A stretch of DNA of 64,000 nucleotides from positions 37,085 through 101,084 of the forward strand of contig CAYPVK010000003.1 of assembly GCA_964414185.1 (NCBI GenBank), written 5' to 3'. This document shows, in pieces, positions 12,047 to 21,487 of this stretch. The notes beneath the pieces were generated by a model. It was given only the letters and a program-made list of their open reading frames with translations, had not been told where the DNA came from and did not search any database. How positions within the stretch are numbered: position 1 is the stretch's first letter; each line of letters starts with the position of its first letter. The DNA is from an uncultured Lactobacillales bacterium (GTDB taxonomy: Bacteria; Pseudomonadota; Alphaproteobacteria; CAAHEQ01; UBA3637). The translations under genes were made by a program, and so were the position numbers.

Positions 12047-13786
12047 ATGGGAAAAATCCAAGCAGGTCGGACGATGATGGAGATGTTGGGAGTGTTATCG
12101 ATAATAGGAGTGCTATCGATAGGAGCGTTATTGGGATATAATTATGCGATAACGAAATATAAATCGAACACGACGATAAACGATTTAAACCGGTTTGTAG
12201 TGGTTGTAACGCAACAAATGGTGATGGGACGCGATAGATTGGATTTGTCGGAAGCGAATAATAAAACGACGTTAAATTATCCGGCAAGTGCGTATTATTT
12301 GGAGGACGACAGATATTTCGAAATTGCATTGGCCGAAGTGCCCCCCAAAGTGTGCCGACAAATCCTCCGCGAAAATTTAAAAGAACCTCTTGTAATAAAA
12401 GTCAACGACTATGCGTATGTAGGAGATACGGGGATATGTGAAGCGGATGATGAAGGGAGTCCGGTAGAGATGGTGTTTCAATATGTATCGGATTTGGACA
12501 GCGATGAATTGCCGTACGGGACATGTAAAGTCGATGCCGATTGTGTTGGGGATTGTGTCAGATGTAATGAAGACGGTTTGTGTGTCTCTACTTGTATAGG
12601 CAACGAACGTTGTGCACAAGATACCTTAACGGGACAAATGTTATGCTGTCCGAAAGATAAACGCGAAGGACCCTATTGTTGTGAAAAGAAGGTCAACGGC
12701 CGTTGTTGCAACAAGTATGACCAATGTTGCCCCTGGTACCGCCCCTTAATCGATAAAAACGGCAACTGTTATGCTTGTGACTATAAAAATCGTGTTGACG
12801 TAACGGGGGTTCAAGATAACTGTAATGTGTGCTCAAATCGCGAGTTGGACGGAAATTGGTGCCGCGTCAAGTGCACTGCGGACAAACCTTTGCGCGATGC
12901 TTATGGTGTCTGCCGCTCTTGCGATGATGAAGCATTTATTTACCAAGGTTCACCGATAAATTCTAAATGCAGTCAAATTTGTCCGAATCGACACTCAAGT
13001 GGTGAAAAAAATTATTATTGCGGCTTAAAGTGTGGTGAGGGCATTTATGCAGATATGCCATTGACTGATTCGTCCGGGGTTTGCCATTCATGTGAGGAAA
13101 CAAGGAATATCAATGTAACCAATGTTCATGAAAATTGCGCAGTATGCCCGCATCGGGAAGTAATTGGTAATTTATGCGCATTGCCATGCCCTGATCCGGA
13201 TAAACCGATGCCCGGAAGCGACGGTAACTGTTATGCGTGTGATGATCCTAAACCGTTAACGGTCGCACAATATTCTTGTTCAGTTTGTCCCAATCGTATT
13301 AGTTTTAACTACCGCTGTATTTTTAAGTGTGGTGAAGGAATAAATGCAAATAAACCTTTGCTCGGGGCCAGTGGTGACTGTTATACGTGCGATGAGCCCA
13401 AAGCGGTTGATGTAAGGCATTCATCCCCAAAATGTGAAGAAATATGTCCCAATCGTGAAAATCTGAATGGTTTTTGTATCATAAACGACTGTGATGATAA
13501 TCAAATGAAGGGCGAAGATGGCAAATGTTATACGTGCGACACGCCCAATGATGCCCGTATAAAAACTCAGATGTGCGATAAATGTCCCAATCGGGTAAAG
13601 TGGGGTGATTATTGCATATTACCGTGTGATGAAGGTATTTATGAAGATATGCCTCTTCCCGATCGATACGGCAACTGTTATGCCTGTGATTACCCATCCC
13701 GGATTGATGTATATGGCGCAACCGATGTTTGCCAAAAAATTTGTCCGGACAGACAACTTGACGAGCACTATTGTGTTTTAAAATGA
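12047..13786 (+). CDS. Cysteine-rich tandem-repeat protein with a prepilin-like (class III signal) N-terminus
   Basis: The N-terminus (QAG|RTMMEMLGVLSIIGVLSIGALL) resembles the type IV pilin methylation/cleavage motif. About 7 diverged repeats of roughly 55 aa follow, each with a GNCYACD...CxxCPNR...CxxxC pattern. Confidence 0.8.
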   Translation: MGKIQAGRTMMEMLGVLSIIGVLSIGALLGYNYAITKYKSNTTINDLNRFVVVVTQQMVMGRDRLDLSEANNKTTLNYPASAYYLEDDRYFEIALAEVPPKVCRQILRENLKEPLVIKVNDYAYVGDTGICEADDEGSPVEMVFQYVSDLDSDELPYGTCKVDADCVGDCVRCNEDGLCVSTCIGNERCAQDTLTGQMLCCPKDKREGPYCCEKKVNGRCCNKYDQCCPWYRPLIDKNGNCYACDYKNRVDVTGVQDNCNVCSNRELDGNWCRVKCTADKPLRDAYGVCRSCDDEAFIYQGSPINSKCSQICPNRHSSGEKNYYCGLKCGEGIYADMPLTDSSGVCHSCEETRNINVTNVHENCAVCPHREVIGNLCALPCPDPDKPMPGSDGNCYACDDPKPLTVAQYSCSVCPNRISFNYRCIFKCGEGINANKPLLGASGDCYTCDEPKAVDVRHSSPKCEEICPNRENLNGFCIINDCDDNQMKGEDGKCYTCDTPNDARIKTQMCDKCPNRVKWGDYCILPCDEGIYEDMPLPDRYGNCYACDYPSRIDVYGATDVCQKICPDRQLDEHYCVLK

Positions 13787-13813
13787 AAAAATCAGGAAAA
13801 ACGAATTTTGTAA

Positions 13814-13853
13814 TATAAAGGGTTTGTATCAAAATTGCTGCAAGCCCTTTATA
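13814..13853 (+). terminator. Imperfect hairpin after the Cys-rich protein gene
   Basis: TATAAAGGGTTTG...CAAGCCCTTTATA. The trailing T-run is weak. Confidence 0.3.
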
Positions 13854-14078
13854 GAATATTAATCGTAAGATTTTGGTTATTTTTTATAAAAGATAATAAA
13901 AACAAGTTATTTGTGATCTTTTGATTGTAAAAGGTAAGATTTTCATTCTTGTATTTGTAAAACTTTTTCTGGGCATTTTAAAGTTTTTGATGTGATTAAA
14001 TAAACAAGCTGATTCTTGTCAATTGCATTGGTGAGGAAAGGATATCAGCCATAATAAAACGTAAAAAGACCCGCCGCA

Positions 14079-14114
14079 AGGACAGGTTGTTTTTTTATGG
14101 CTCCGGCGGTAGGG
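14079..14114 (-). repeat. Partial third copy of the tRNA-Asn 3' end plus its downstream flank
   Basis: 36 bp identical to the 3' terminus of both tRNA-Asn genes together with their shared downstream flank. Identity ends inside the T-arm. Confidence 0.7.
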
Positions 14115-14261
14115 TTGTAAATTCCCATTTTTATGGATATAAAAACTGGCCCCTTTCCGCCTCGCTCACTGCGTTCGTTCGTCTGACGAACCTTAAACGG
14201 CTCTCGCCCTTTCATACGGAACACATAAAAAAAACCTGTCACAGGACAGGTTGTTTTTTTA

Positions 14262-14336
14262 TGGCTCCGGCGGTAGGGCTCGAACCTACGACCGATCGGT
14301 TAACAGCCGATTGCTCTACCACTGAGCTACGCCGGA
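14262..14336 (-). tRNA. tRNA-Asn (GTT), copy 2
   Basis: Identical to copy 1, including the roughly 33-bp downstream hairpin. Confidence 0.9.
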
Positions 14337-14384
14337 ACAAAACCGATCATTCTGAAACCCGTAAAGAGAGGAATTCCGTTCTTT

Positions 14385-14459
14385 TGGAGGCCGATGCCGG
14401 AATCGAACCGACATAAAAGGATTTGCAGTCCTCTGCATAAGCCATTCTGCCAATCGGCC
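14385..14459 (-). tRNA. tRNA-Cys (GCA)
   Basis: Manual fold: acceptor GGCCGAU/AUCGGCC, discriminator U73, anticodon loop cuGCAaa, T-arm GGTTCGATTCC, encoded CCA. Confidence 0.85.
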
Positions 14460-14587
14460 TTCGTTTCAGAAGCAGTTACTCTTTTACACAAAATTTAAAA
14501 ATTCGTCAAGGGAAAAAATAAAAATGCTTGAAAATATTTTAAAACTGTAATAATCTAAGGTATTCGAAAAATGAAAGAGGATATGAA

Positions 14588-15949
14588 ATGATTAAGAAAA
14601 TCACATACTTAACAGCTGTATTATGTACCGTTTCAACAATGGCTATGGCGGACACATTAAATGATGTTTTGTCATATACTTATGAAAATTCTTTAACCGT
14701 TACGGCGGAAAGAGCCGGTTTGAAGGCTAAAGATGAAGGTGTGGCAAAGGCCAAAGCGGGCTATCGTCCGACAGTGCAGGCAGCCGGCAGCATCGGGCGT
14801 GCTCATAATAATATAACGTATGAAGGTTTGTTGGGAGATTACAAAGAAACGCAAACACCGCGTGAAGCTTCGATTTCATTTGTACAGCCTGTTTTTTCCG
14901 GCTTGACGACATATAACAGTGTCCAGGCGGCTAAAAATCAAGTTCGATCGGGTCGATTCTCATTGAAAAATACAGAGCAGGTCACTTTATTGGATGCGGC
15001 GGCCGTTTATATGGATGTGATTCGTGATAAAGATGTGTTGGATTTACAAATCAACAATGAAAAAGTTTTAAGCAGGCACTTGGAATCTTATAAAAAAAGA
15101 TTTAATGCCGGCGAATTGACACGAACGGATGTGGCTCAAGCGGAAGCGCGTTTGGCCGGCGCGACGGCGAATCGTATTGCCGCCGAAGGAAATTTGGAAG
15201 TGTCTAAGGCACAATTTTTCTCTGTCGTCGGTATTGAACCGAAAAATTTACAGGATGTTAGGGTTGAAGATTTGGAAATTATGTTGCCGAAATCCGTTGT
15301 CGAAGCAATAGATATGGCACTTAAGGAAAATCCGAAAGTTAAGGCGGCGCATTATGCCGAACAAGCCGCCATCAGTTCGGTCAATGCTCAAAAAGGTACG
15401 CTTGCCCCGTCCGTTGATATTAAGGGGGCAGCCGGTAAGCAAAGAGAAAATTTAACGGTCGATGATACGGAATATTGGCAAATTACAGCTAATTTAACCG
15501 TCCCCATCTATCAGGCGGGTTATGAATATGCCTCTGTCCGCGAAGCTAAACAATTGGCAAACCAATATCGTATTTTATTGGCCAAAACGCGTCAGGATGT
15601 TCGTGCCGAAACAACGGCAGCGTGGGAACAATATACGGCGACAAAAGCTCAAATTTCCTCAATTAAATCACAAATTAAAGCTTCCAAAATCGCTTTGGAC
15701 GGTGTGATTCGTGAAATGAATGTCGGTTCCAGAACGGTTTTGGATGTGTTGGATGCCGAACAAGAGCATTTGGATAACCGAGTCAGTTTGACAAAAGTTC
15801 ATCGTGATGAAATCGTATCGGCTTTTTCATTATTGTCTGCCGTCGGCCAAATGAATCCGCGCGGATTGAATTTAGGCGTTGACACATACAACCCTGAAGT
15901 TTATTATGATACTATCCAAAGCAAGTGGATCGGATGGGGCATCGATTAA
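14588..15949 (+). CDS. tolC: TolC-family outer membrane efflux protein
   Basis: Signal peptide followed by two TolC-like repeats with a coiled-coil and beta-barrel pattern. A PopZ-like gene follows, as is typical in alphaproteobacteria. Confidence 0.85.
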   Translation: MIKKITYLTAVLCTVSTMAMADTLNDVLSYTYENSLTVTAERAGLKAKDEGVAKAKAGYRPTVQAAGSIGRAHNNITYEGLLGDYKETQTPREASISFVQPVFSGLTTYNSVQAAKNQVRSGRFSLKNTEQVTLLDAAAVYMDVIRDKDVLDLQINNEKVLSRHLESYKKRFNAGELTRTDVAQAEARLAGATANRIAAEGNLEVSKAQFFSVVGIEPKNLQDVRVEDLEIMLPKSVVEAIDMALKENPKVKAAHYAEQAAISSVNAQKGTLAPSVDIKGAAGKQRENLTVDDTEYWQITANLTVPIYQAGYEYASVREAKQLANQYRILLAKTRQDVRAETTAAWEQYTATKAQISSIKSQIKASKIALDGVIREMNVGSRTVLDVLDAEQEHLDNRVSLTKVHRDEIVSAFSLLSAVGQMNPRGLNLGVDTYNPEVYYDTIQSKWIGWGID

Positions 15950-15958
15950 GGGAAAAAC

Positions 15959-16372
15959 ATGCAGGAACAAGAATTATCGGTCAATGATATCTTAAATTCA
16001 ATTAAACAGATATTGTCCGGCAAGATTGAAGATGAATTGGCACAAAAAAGCAAATCCGATAGTTTATCGAATTTGGTAAACAGCGATGAAAAACCTATCT
16101 TACAAAGGGATAGTACGCCGGTTTTGTCCGATGAAGAAGATAATGACGATGATGTTTTTGTTTTGACACCCGCCATGCAAGTTGAAGTTGATCCGAATAT
16201 GGCCGCTTTGATTGTTGAAAAGCCATCCGTGCAGGCTTCAACGTTTTCAACCGAACGGCCGCAGGAAATAATTATGCCCGCCGTTCAAAAATGGATTGAT
16301 GAAAATTTGCCGCAAATGGTTGAACGGATTGTATCCGAAGAAGTGCGCCGTATTTTTAACACACGAAAATGA
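15959..16372 (+). CDS. DUF2497/PopZ-like protein
   Basis: N-terminus VNDILNSIKQILS resembles PopZ. The middle is acidic and low-complexity. A conserved C-terminal helix (IVSEEVRRIFN) is present. Confidence 0.55.
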   Translation: MQEQELSVNDILNSIKQILSGKIEDELAQKSKSDSLSNLVNSDEKPILQRDSTPVLSDEEDNDDDVFVLTPAMQVEVDPNMAALIVEKPSVQASTFSTERPQEIIMPAVQKWIDENLPQMVERIVSEEVRRIFNTRK

Positions 16373-16401
16373 AGCGGCGGTGCATTTGAACAATCTGATA
16401 A

Positions 16402-16428
16402 AAACGCTCGGTTAAGAGCGTTTTTTTG
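16402..16428 (+). terminator. Rho-independent terminator
   Basis: AAACGCTCggttaaGAGCGTTT followed by a T-run. Confidence 0.6.
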
Positions 16429-16523
16429 TGACATTTTTCAAGTTCATATATTGAATTCGATTTTAAATAAACTGATACTGATTTTATGTGTCAAAGTAAA
16501 ATGAAAAAAATTGCGTTTGAAAC

Positions 16524-17249
16524 TTATGATTTTAAAACGCGTGCCAAAGTCAAATATGAAACTTTATTCGCACCGGCTTTTTTCAAGGCTTTTGCGCATT
16601 CATTCAAAGTTGCACCCGATGTCATAACGTCATCAATCAATAAAACGTGTTTGCCGACAATTTTAAGAGCATTTTTGACTTGGAATGCTTTTGATACATT
16701 TTGTTTACGTTCTGCCTTTTTCATATGTCCTTGGCTTTGGGTATGTTTTACCCTTAACAACACGCCGGTGGCAAAAGGTTTTTTTATACGGTCGGACAAA
16801 GCTTTTGCAAGCAGAGCAGATTGATTGTATTTTCGTTTCATCAATCTGAAACGATGTAACGGGACGGGAATCAAAATATCCGCTTCTTCAAATAAATCGC
16901 CGCCGGCCTGATAAAGCAGGTTTGTCAACAAAGTTGTGAGTTCAATATGGTCGGAATGTTTAAACGGCAAAATCAATTGTCTTGAAAAATCGTCATATTT
17001 AAAAGCGGCACGAGCTTTGTGGAAAACTTGTTTCTTGGTTAAGCACGCACCGCAAAATAATTCATCGGCAATTTGAAATTCAAAAGGTCGTCCGCATTTT
17101 TCACAATAAGGTTTTGAGATAAATCGGATGCGAGAAAAACATTCATTGCATAAGGTATCGGTATTTTGAACGCGTGTTTTGCAAATCGGGCATTGAGGCG
17201 GAAAAATAAAATTCAATAAACCTTTAAAAGCATCCGAGAAAAAAGGCAT
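16524..17249 (-). CDS. comF: ComF-family phosphoribosyltransferase-domain protein
   Basis: N-terminal Zn-finger with paired CxxC motifs and a PRTase motif VLLIDDVMTSGATL. Confidence 0.8.
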   Translation of the reverse strand: MPFFSDAFKGLLNFIFPPQCPICKTRVQNTDTLCNECFSRIRFISKPYCEKCGRPFEFQIADELFCGACLTKKQVFHKARAAFKYDDFSRQLILPFKHSDHIELTTLLTNLLYQAGGDLFEEADILIPVPLHRFRLMKRKYNQSALLAKALSDRIKKPFATGVLLRVKHTQSQGHMKKAERKQNVSKAFQVKNALKIVGKHVLLIDDVMTSGATLNECAKALKKAGANKVSYLTLARVLKS

Positions 17250-17347
17250 AGTGCATACTCATTTTTTTTGTCTTGTTTTTTTAACTTTTTATGGTATAAA
17301 TATATAATCGCATTTTAAACGTATTTTCCCGTTGGAGCAACAAAAAA

Positions 17348-18103
17348 ATGAATGAACGTTACGGGCAAAACCCCCGATTTTTATTTTGTCATGATAATCC
17401 GGCACGCCCGATATCTGTCATATTTTTTTCGGGGTTGGGTTCAACCATTGAACGGCAACATGTTGAAGAATACCGTACTTTTTGCCACCTAAATGATGTC
17501 AGTTTTTTGGCCTTGGATTTTACGGCTCATGCATATATGCATCAACGTACGGAACCTGACGATTTCGGGATGAATCATCGCTTAAATGATGCTTTAAATA
17601 TTTTAAAAGATGAAATAAAAAATAAACCTTTTGTCTTGGTCGGGTTTTCCATGGGCGGAAAATTAGCGTTGGATGTCGCTCAAAAATTAAAAAGTCAAAC
17701 ACAGGCTTTGATCGAGTTGGCTCCCGCCATTGAATTGGAACAGTATCGTTGGTATGATAATTTAAACTTAATGGTACGCCAAAAATTAGACTTGTTGCAG
17801 AAAAATGAACAAAAGCGTAATGCATTGGAAAGTTTATATGTTTTTTCCAAAATGTTGAAAGCCGTAAAGCCGCACTTATTGCTTAAGCAACCGGTTACCT
17901 ACGACAAAAGAATGGAAATTATACACGGAATTTTGGATAAACATGTTCCGTATCGCAATTCTTTGATGTTTAAAAAAGATTATGCACCACATGCAAAAGT
18001 TGCTTTACTTACCAATGAAACACATCATTTTTTGCAACCTTGCAGCCGTCAAATTGTTTTTAATACCCTTTCCGATACGCTTTGTATGGTAAGAGGGCGA
18101 TGA
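17348..18103 (+). CDS. Alpha/beta hydrolase family protein
   Basis: Nucleophile elbow GFSMGG. Overall alpha/beta hydrolase fold pattern. Confidence 0.6.
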   Translation: MNERYGQNPRFLFCHDNPARPISVIFFSGLGSTIERQHVEEYRTFCHLNDVSFLALDFTAHAYMHQRTEPDDFGMNHRLNDALNILKDEIKNKPFVLVGFSMGGKLALDVAQKLKSQTQALIELAPAIELEQYRWYDNLNLMVRQKLDLLQKNEQKRNALESLYVFSKMLKAVKPHLLLKQPVTYDKRMEIIHGILDKHVPYRNSLMFKKDYAPHAKVALLTNETHHFLQPCSRQIVFNTLSDTLCMVRGR

Positions 18104-18247
18104 ACGGATTTTTCTTTGCATTGTGACAATAAAATATCAACCGATTAAAATTATAATGTCAGGAAATTTGATTTAAATTTTTTTTGATTGGAATCAACTC
18201 TTGCATTTTGGAAAAAAGAGTGTTATTTCATCTATGAATGAGGTGAA

Positions 18248-18709
18248 ATGATGAATAAAACTTATCAAAAAGCATTGTGTTTATTCTTTTTGTTATTGTT
18301 GACAAACGGGGTAGGGTATGTGGGTTCGACTTTTATGACACCCGATAATATGTTGTGGTATCAATATTTAAACAAGCCGATATTAACGCCGCCGGATATT
18401 GTTTTTCCGATTGTATGGACAATTTTGTTCTTTTTGATGGCCTTTGCCGCTTTTATTGTTTGGAACAAAGCCAATCCTAAATATTTTACGTTGTCATTGA
18501 TGGCCAATTTGGCTTGGAGTTTTAGTTTCTTTTATTTAAGAAATACTTTAGCTGCGCTTGTTATTATATTGATTTATTTGTTTTTATTATATATGTGTAT
18601 TAAGGTTTTTTATAAGGTTTCAAAGACAGCAGCCTATTTAATGGTCCCGACATTTATTTGGTGTTTGTTTGCTTTGTATTTAAACGGTTACGTTGTTTTA
18701 TTTAATTAG
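18248..18709 (+). CDS. tspO: TspO/MBR tryptophan-rich sensory protein
   Basis: Five TM helices and the LTPPDIVFPIVWTILF motif. Confidence 0.65.
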   Translation: MMNKTYQKALCLFFLLLLTNGVGYVGSTFMTPDNMLWYQYLNKPILTPPDIVFPIVWTILFFLMAFAAFIVWNKANPKYFTLSLMANLAWSFSFFYLRNTLAALVIILIYLFLLYMCIKVFYKVSKTAAYLMVPTFIWCLFALYLNGYVVLFN

Positions 18710-19919
18710 GATTTTTATGATCTCTCTTAAAATTGCCCCCAGATTTTTGATATTGGCCAGAGCACTTCGCATGGCGAATTTCTTATTACCCGTTTCAGCT
18801 CTCTTTTATGTCGATAAAGGAGCCACAATCGGTGATTTGTTCCTTATTCAAGGCATTTGGGCAGTCAGCATCTTTTTCCTTGAAATCCCGAGCGGTTACA
18901 TCGGTGATATTATGTCACGCAAAAGGGTTGTTGCCTTTTCGTTTTTTATGGCTGTGTTAGCTTTTGCAACGATAGCTTTGGGTTACGGATTTTGGGCACT
19001 TTTGGCGGCTGAATTAATGCTCGGTTTTTCTTGGGCACTTTATTCGGGAACGGCGGAAGCTTACTATCACGATTTGTTGCAAGCGCGTTCAAAACAACAT
19101 AAACTTCATAATAAGCTGGCAAAATTGGAATCGTATTCCATGATGTCATTGGCATTGTCAACTTTGGCAGGGGGCTTTTTATATGCTTGGTTCGGTACAA
19201 ATTTTTGTGCTTGGTTGACGGCTGCATTTTGTTTTATCGGGTTTATTATAATTTGCCGTTTGCCTGATATTAAAGAAACACGGCGCGTTGTTGCGGCAGA
19301 TATCAGTAAGTTTCAAGATATTTTAAACATTTCAAAATTCACGGTTAAACATCCTGAAATTAAATGGCTGATTTTATTCCCCGCTTTTTTCGGAGCGCTG
19401 ACGTTTGTTTTGATGTGGGGATTGCAACCCGTTATGGTCGCTAAAGATATCCCGGTTTATGTGTTTGGTTTTGTTATGGGCTTTAATATGTTTTGTCGGA
19501 CAGCATGGGCCCATTTTTCGGCTGTTTTGCTTGATAAAATTAAGCTGCGTAAAACGGCTCGCGTATTATTTTATACCTTATGTGTCGGTTCGGTTGCTTC
19601 TGTTGCCGTACTAAGTATTTCGAATACGGCAGGGGTGTATTTAATGCTTGGATTGATGGCAATCGCAAGCGCTTCACAAATGGCAGTGGAAATTATAACG
19701 AATACGTTTATTCACCATCGGATTAAATCGGATGAACGTTCGACCGTGTTGTCTGTCAAATCCATGATTTGTATGATGATGTCGGGTGTATTGATGATAT
19801 CTTTAAAACCCATGATTGACAGCATCGGCATGCAAGAAACTTTTGCCATTTGTGCGCTTATTTTAATCGGTACGTTTATTTCAATGAAAAAGCTTTTAAA
19901 GTTGCACATTAAAAAATAA
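18693..19919 (+). CDS. MFS-type transporter
   Basis: About 12 predicted TM helices. MFS-like loops. Confidence 0.7.
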   Translation: MFYLIRIFMISLKIAPRFLILARALRMANFLLPVSALFYVDKGATIGDLFLIQGIWAVSIFFLEIPSGYIGDIMSRKRVVAFSFFMAVLAFATIALGYGFWALLAAELMLGFSWALYSGTAEAYYHDLLQARSKQHKLHNKLAKLESYSMMSLALSTLAGGFLYAWFGTNFCAWLTAAFCFIGFIIICRLPDIKETRRVVAADISKFQDILNISKFTVKHPEIKWLILFPAFFGALTFVLMWGLQPVMVAKDIPVYVFGFVMGFNMFCRTAWAHFSAVLLDKIKLRKTARVLFYTLCVGSVASVAVLSISNTAGVYLMLGLMAIASASQMAVEIITNTFIHHRIKSDERSTVLSVKSMICMMMSGVLMISLKPMIDSIGMQETFAICALILIGTFISMKKLLKLHIKK

Positions 19920-19952
19920 TATTTTTGTTTGGCGGCATGTGTTAAAAACGAA

Positions 19953-19978
19953 AACAGCCCCGTTAAGGGCTGTTTTAA
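19953..19978. terminator. Bidirectional hairpin terminator
   Basis: AACAGCCCcgttAAGGGCTGTT followed by T/A. Confidence 0.6.
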
Positions 19979-19979
19979 A

Positions 19980-20069
19980 TGGCGGATGGGGTGAGATTCG
20001 AACTCACGGTGGAGTTGCCCCCACGCCGGTTTTCAAGACCGGAGCATTCAACCGCTCTGCCACCCATCC
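19980..20069 (-). tRNA. tRNA-Ser (TGA)
   Basis: 90 nt with a long variable arm. Anticodon loop cuUGAaa, acceptor GGATGGG/CCCATCC, encoded CCA. Confidence 0.9.
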
Positions 20070-20287
20070 AATAGAGTGTGGGACTATCACAGCTGTCCCG
20101 AACTAACCGGCGTTATTATTTGACCTTAAGTCAAATAATTGTAACTTTACGTATTTTGTTTCATTTATATAAAACAAGAGCAGTTTTGATGAGTTGTATA
20201 TTGCATGAAAAAAAATAAAAAATCAAGTGATTTTTTAAAAAAAATAAGCTACTATCTAATCATCAAATGCTAAAAGGGTTTAGAAGT

Positions 20288-21487
20288 ATGAAATTAAAAA
20301 CATTATTGCTTTGTTTTTTAATGATTTTTTTTGTAAACGCTGAAATTCGGGCTTCCGATTCGGGCGCCGATTTTGATGCATGGAAAAAACAATTGCGCAC
20401 ACAAGCCCTAAAGGAAGGTATTTCCAAAGAATTTTTGGATGAAATAATGCCGAAAATGACGCTTTTGCCCCATGTGGTTGAAGCGGATAAAAAGCAACCG
20501 GAATTTCAGCTGACTTTTTGGACTTATTTGGATAAAACCGTTACGCCGTTGCGCATTCAAAAAGGTAAAGAAATGATGCTTTTGCATCAAAAAACATTAA
20601 AAACTGCCGAAAAGAAATACAATGTTCCCGCGAAATACATTGTTGCGTTTTGGGGATTGGAAACTAATTACGGTTCGCACAAAGGATCCGTTGAAACCTT
20701 AAATGCCTTAACGACTTTGGCTTATGATACGCGCAGGCGTACTTTTTTTACAAAGGAATTATTGGTGTTTTTGAAAATTTTGCAAAAGGAAAACTTATCA
20801 AATGTTAAAGGGTCTTGGGCCGGAGCCTTCGGCAATTTTCAATTTATGCCGACAACTTTTAAGGTTTATGCTGTAGACGGTGACGGCGACGGAAAAATTG
20901 ATATTGTTAATTCTGTGCCCGATGCGATTTTTTCGGCCGCCAATTATTTGTCTGAAATGGGATGGAATCCGAATATTAAATGGGGCAGGGAAGTCAAATT
21001 GACACAACCCGTATCATGGGATGAAGTGCATGATGTCAAACAAAAGACATTGAATGAGTGGGAAAAATTAGGTATTGTGCCCGCGAATGGAGCCCCTTGG
21101 CCGAAATCAATGTCGGGAACAAAGGCGGAAATTTTAATGCCGATGGGGATAAACGGACCTATTTTTTTGACGTATTCGAATTTTAACGTTATCATGCGGT
21201 GGAATCGTTCGGCTTTGTATGCTTTGGCGATCGGTTTGCTTTCCGATGCGGTGGAACAAGATAAAATGACAATCTGTGCCAAACGGCAAAATGATCCGCT
21301 TTCAATAAATGAAGTTAAAGAAATTCAAGAATTTTTAGCAAAAGAGGGTTATTATACCTCGGATATTGACGGGAATGTCGGTCGCGGTACGCAAGAAGCT
21401 TTACGCAAATATCAAAAAGACCATCAGTTGCCGCAAGACGGGTATGCCGACAAAGAAATACTTAAAAAAATGAAAGGAATAAAGTAA
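20288..21487 (+). CDS. mltB: Lytic murein transglycosylase (MltB family) with a C-terminal peptidoglycan-binding domain
   Basis: Signal peptide, SLT-2-like core and a C-terminal PG_binding_1-like repeat (GNVGRGTQEALRKYQ). Confidence 0.8.
   Translation: MKLKTLLLCFLMIFFVNAEIRASDSGADFDAWKKQLRTQALKEGISKEFLDEIMPKMTLLPHVVEADKKQPEFQLTFWTYLDKTVTPLRIQKGKEMMLLHQKTLKTAEKKYNVPAKYIVAFWGLETNYGSHKGSVETLNALTTLAYDTRRRTFFTKELLVFLKILQKENLSNVKGSWAGAFGNFQFMPTTFKVYAVDGDGDGKIDIVNSVPDAIFSAANYLSEMGWNPNIKWGREVKLTQPVSWDEVHDVKQKTLNEWEKLGIVPANGAPWPKSMSGTKAEILMPMGINGPIFLTYSNFNVIMRWNRSALYALAIGLLSDAVEQDKMTICAKRQNDPLSINEVKEIQEFLAKEGYYTSDIDGNVGRGTQEALRKYQKDHQLPQDGYADKEILKKMKGIK

Noticed and set aside
14098-14114. Possible third tRNA-Asn gene.
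   Set aside because: Only the 3'-terminal 17 nt are present and identity ends inside the T-arm. It is a truncated fragment, not a gene.
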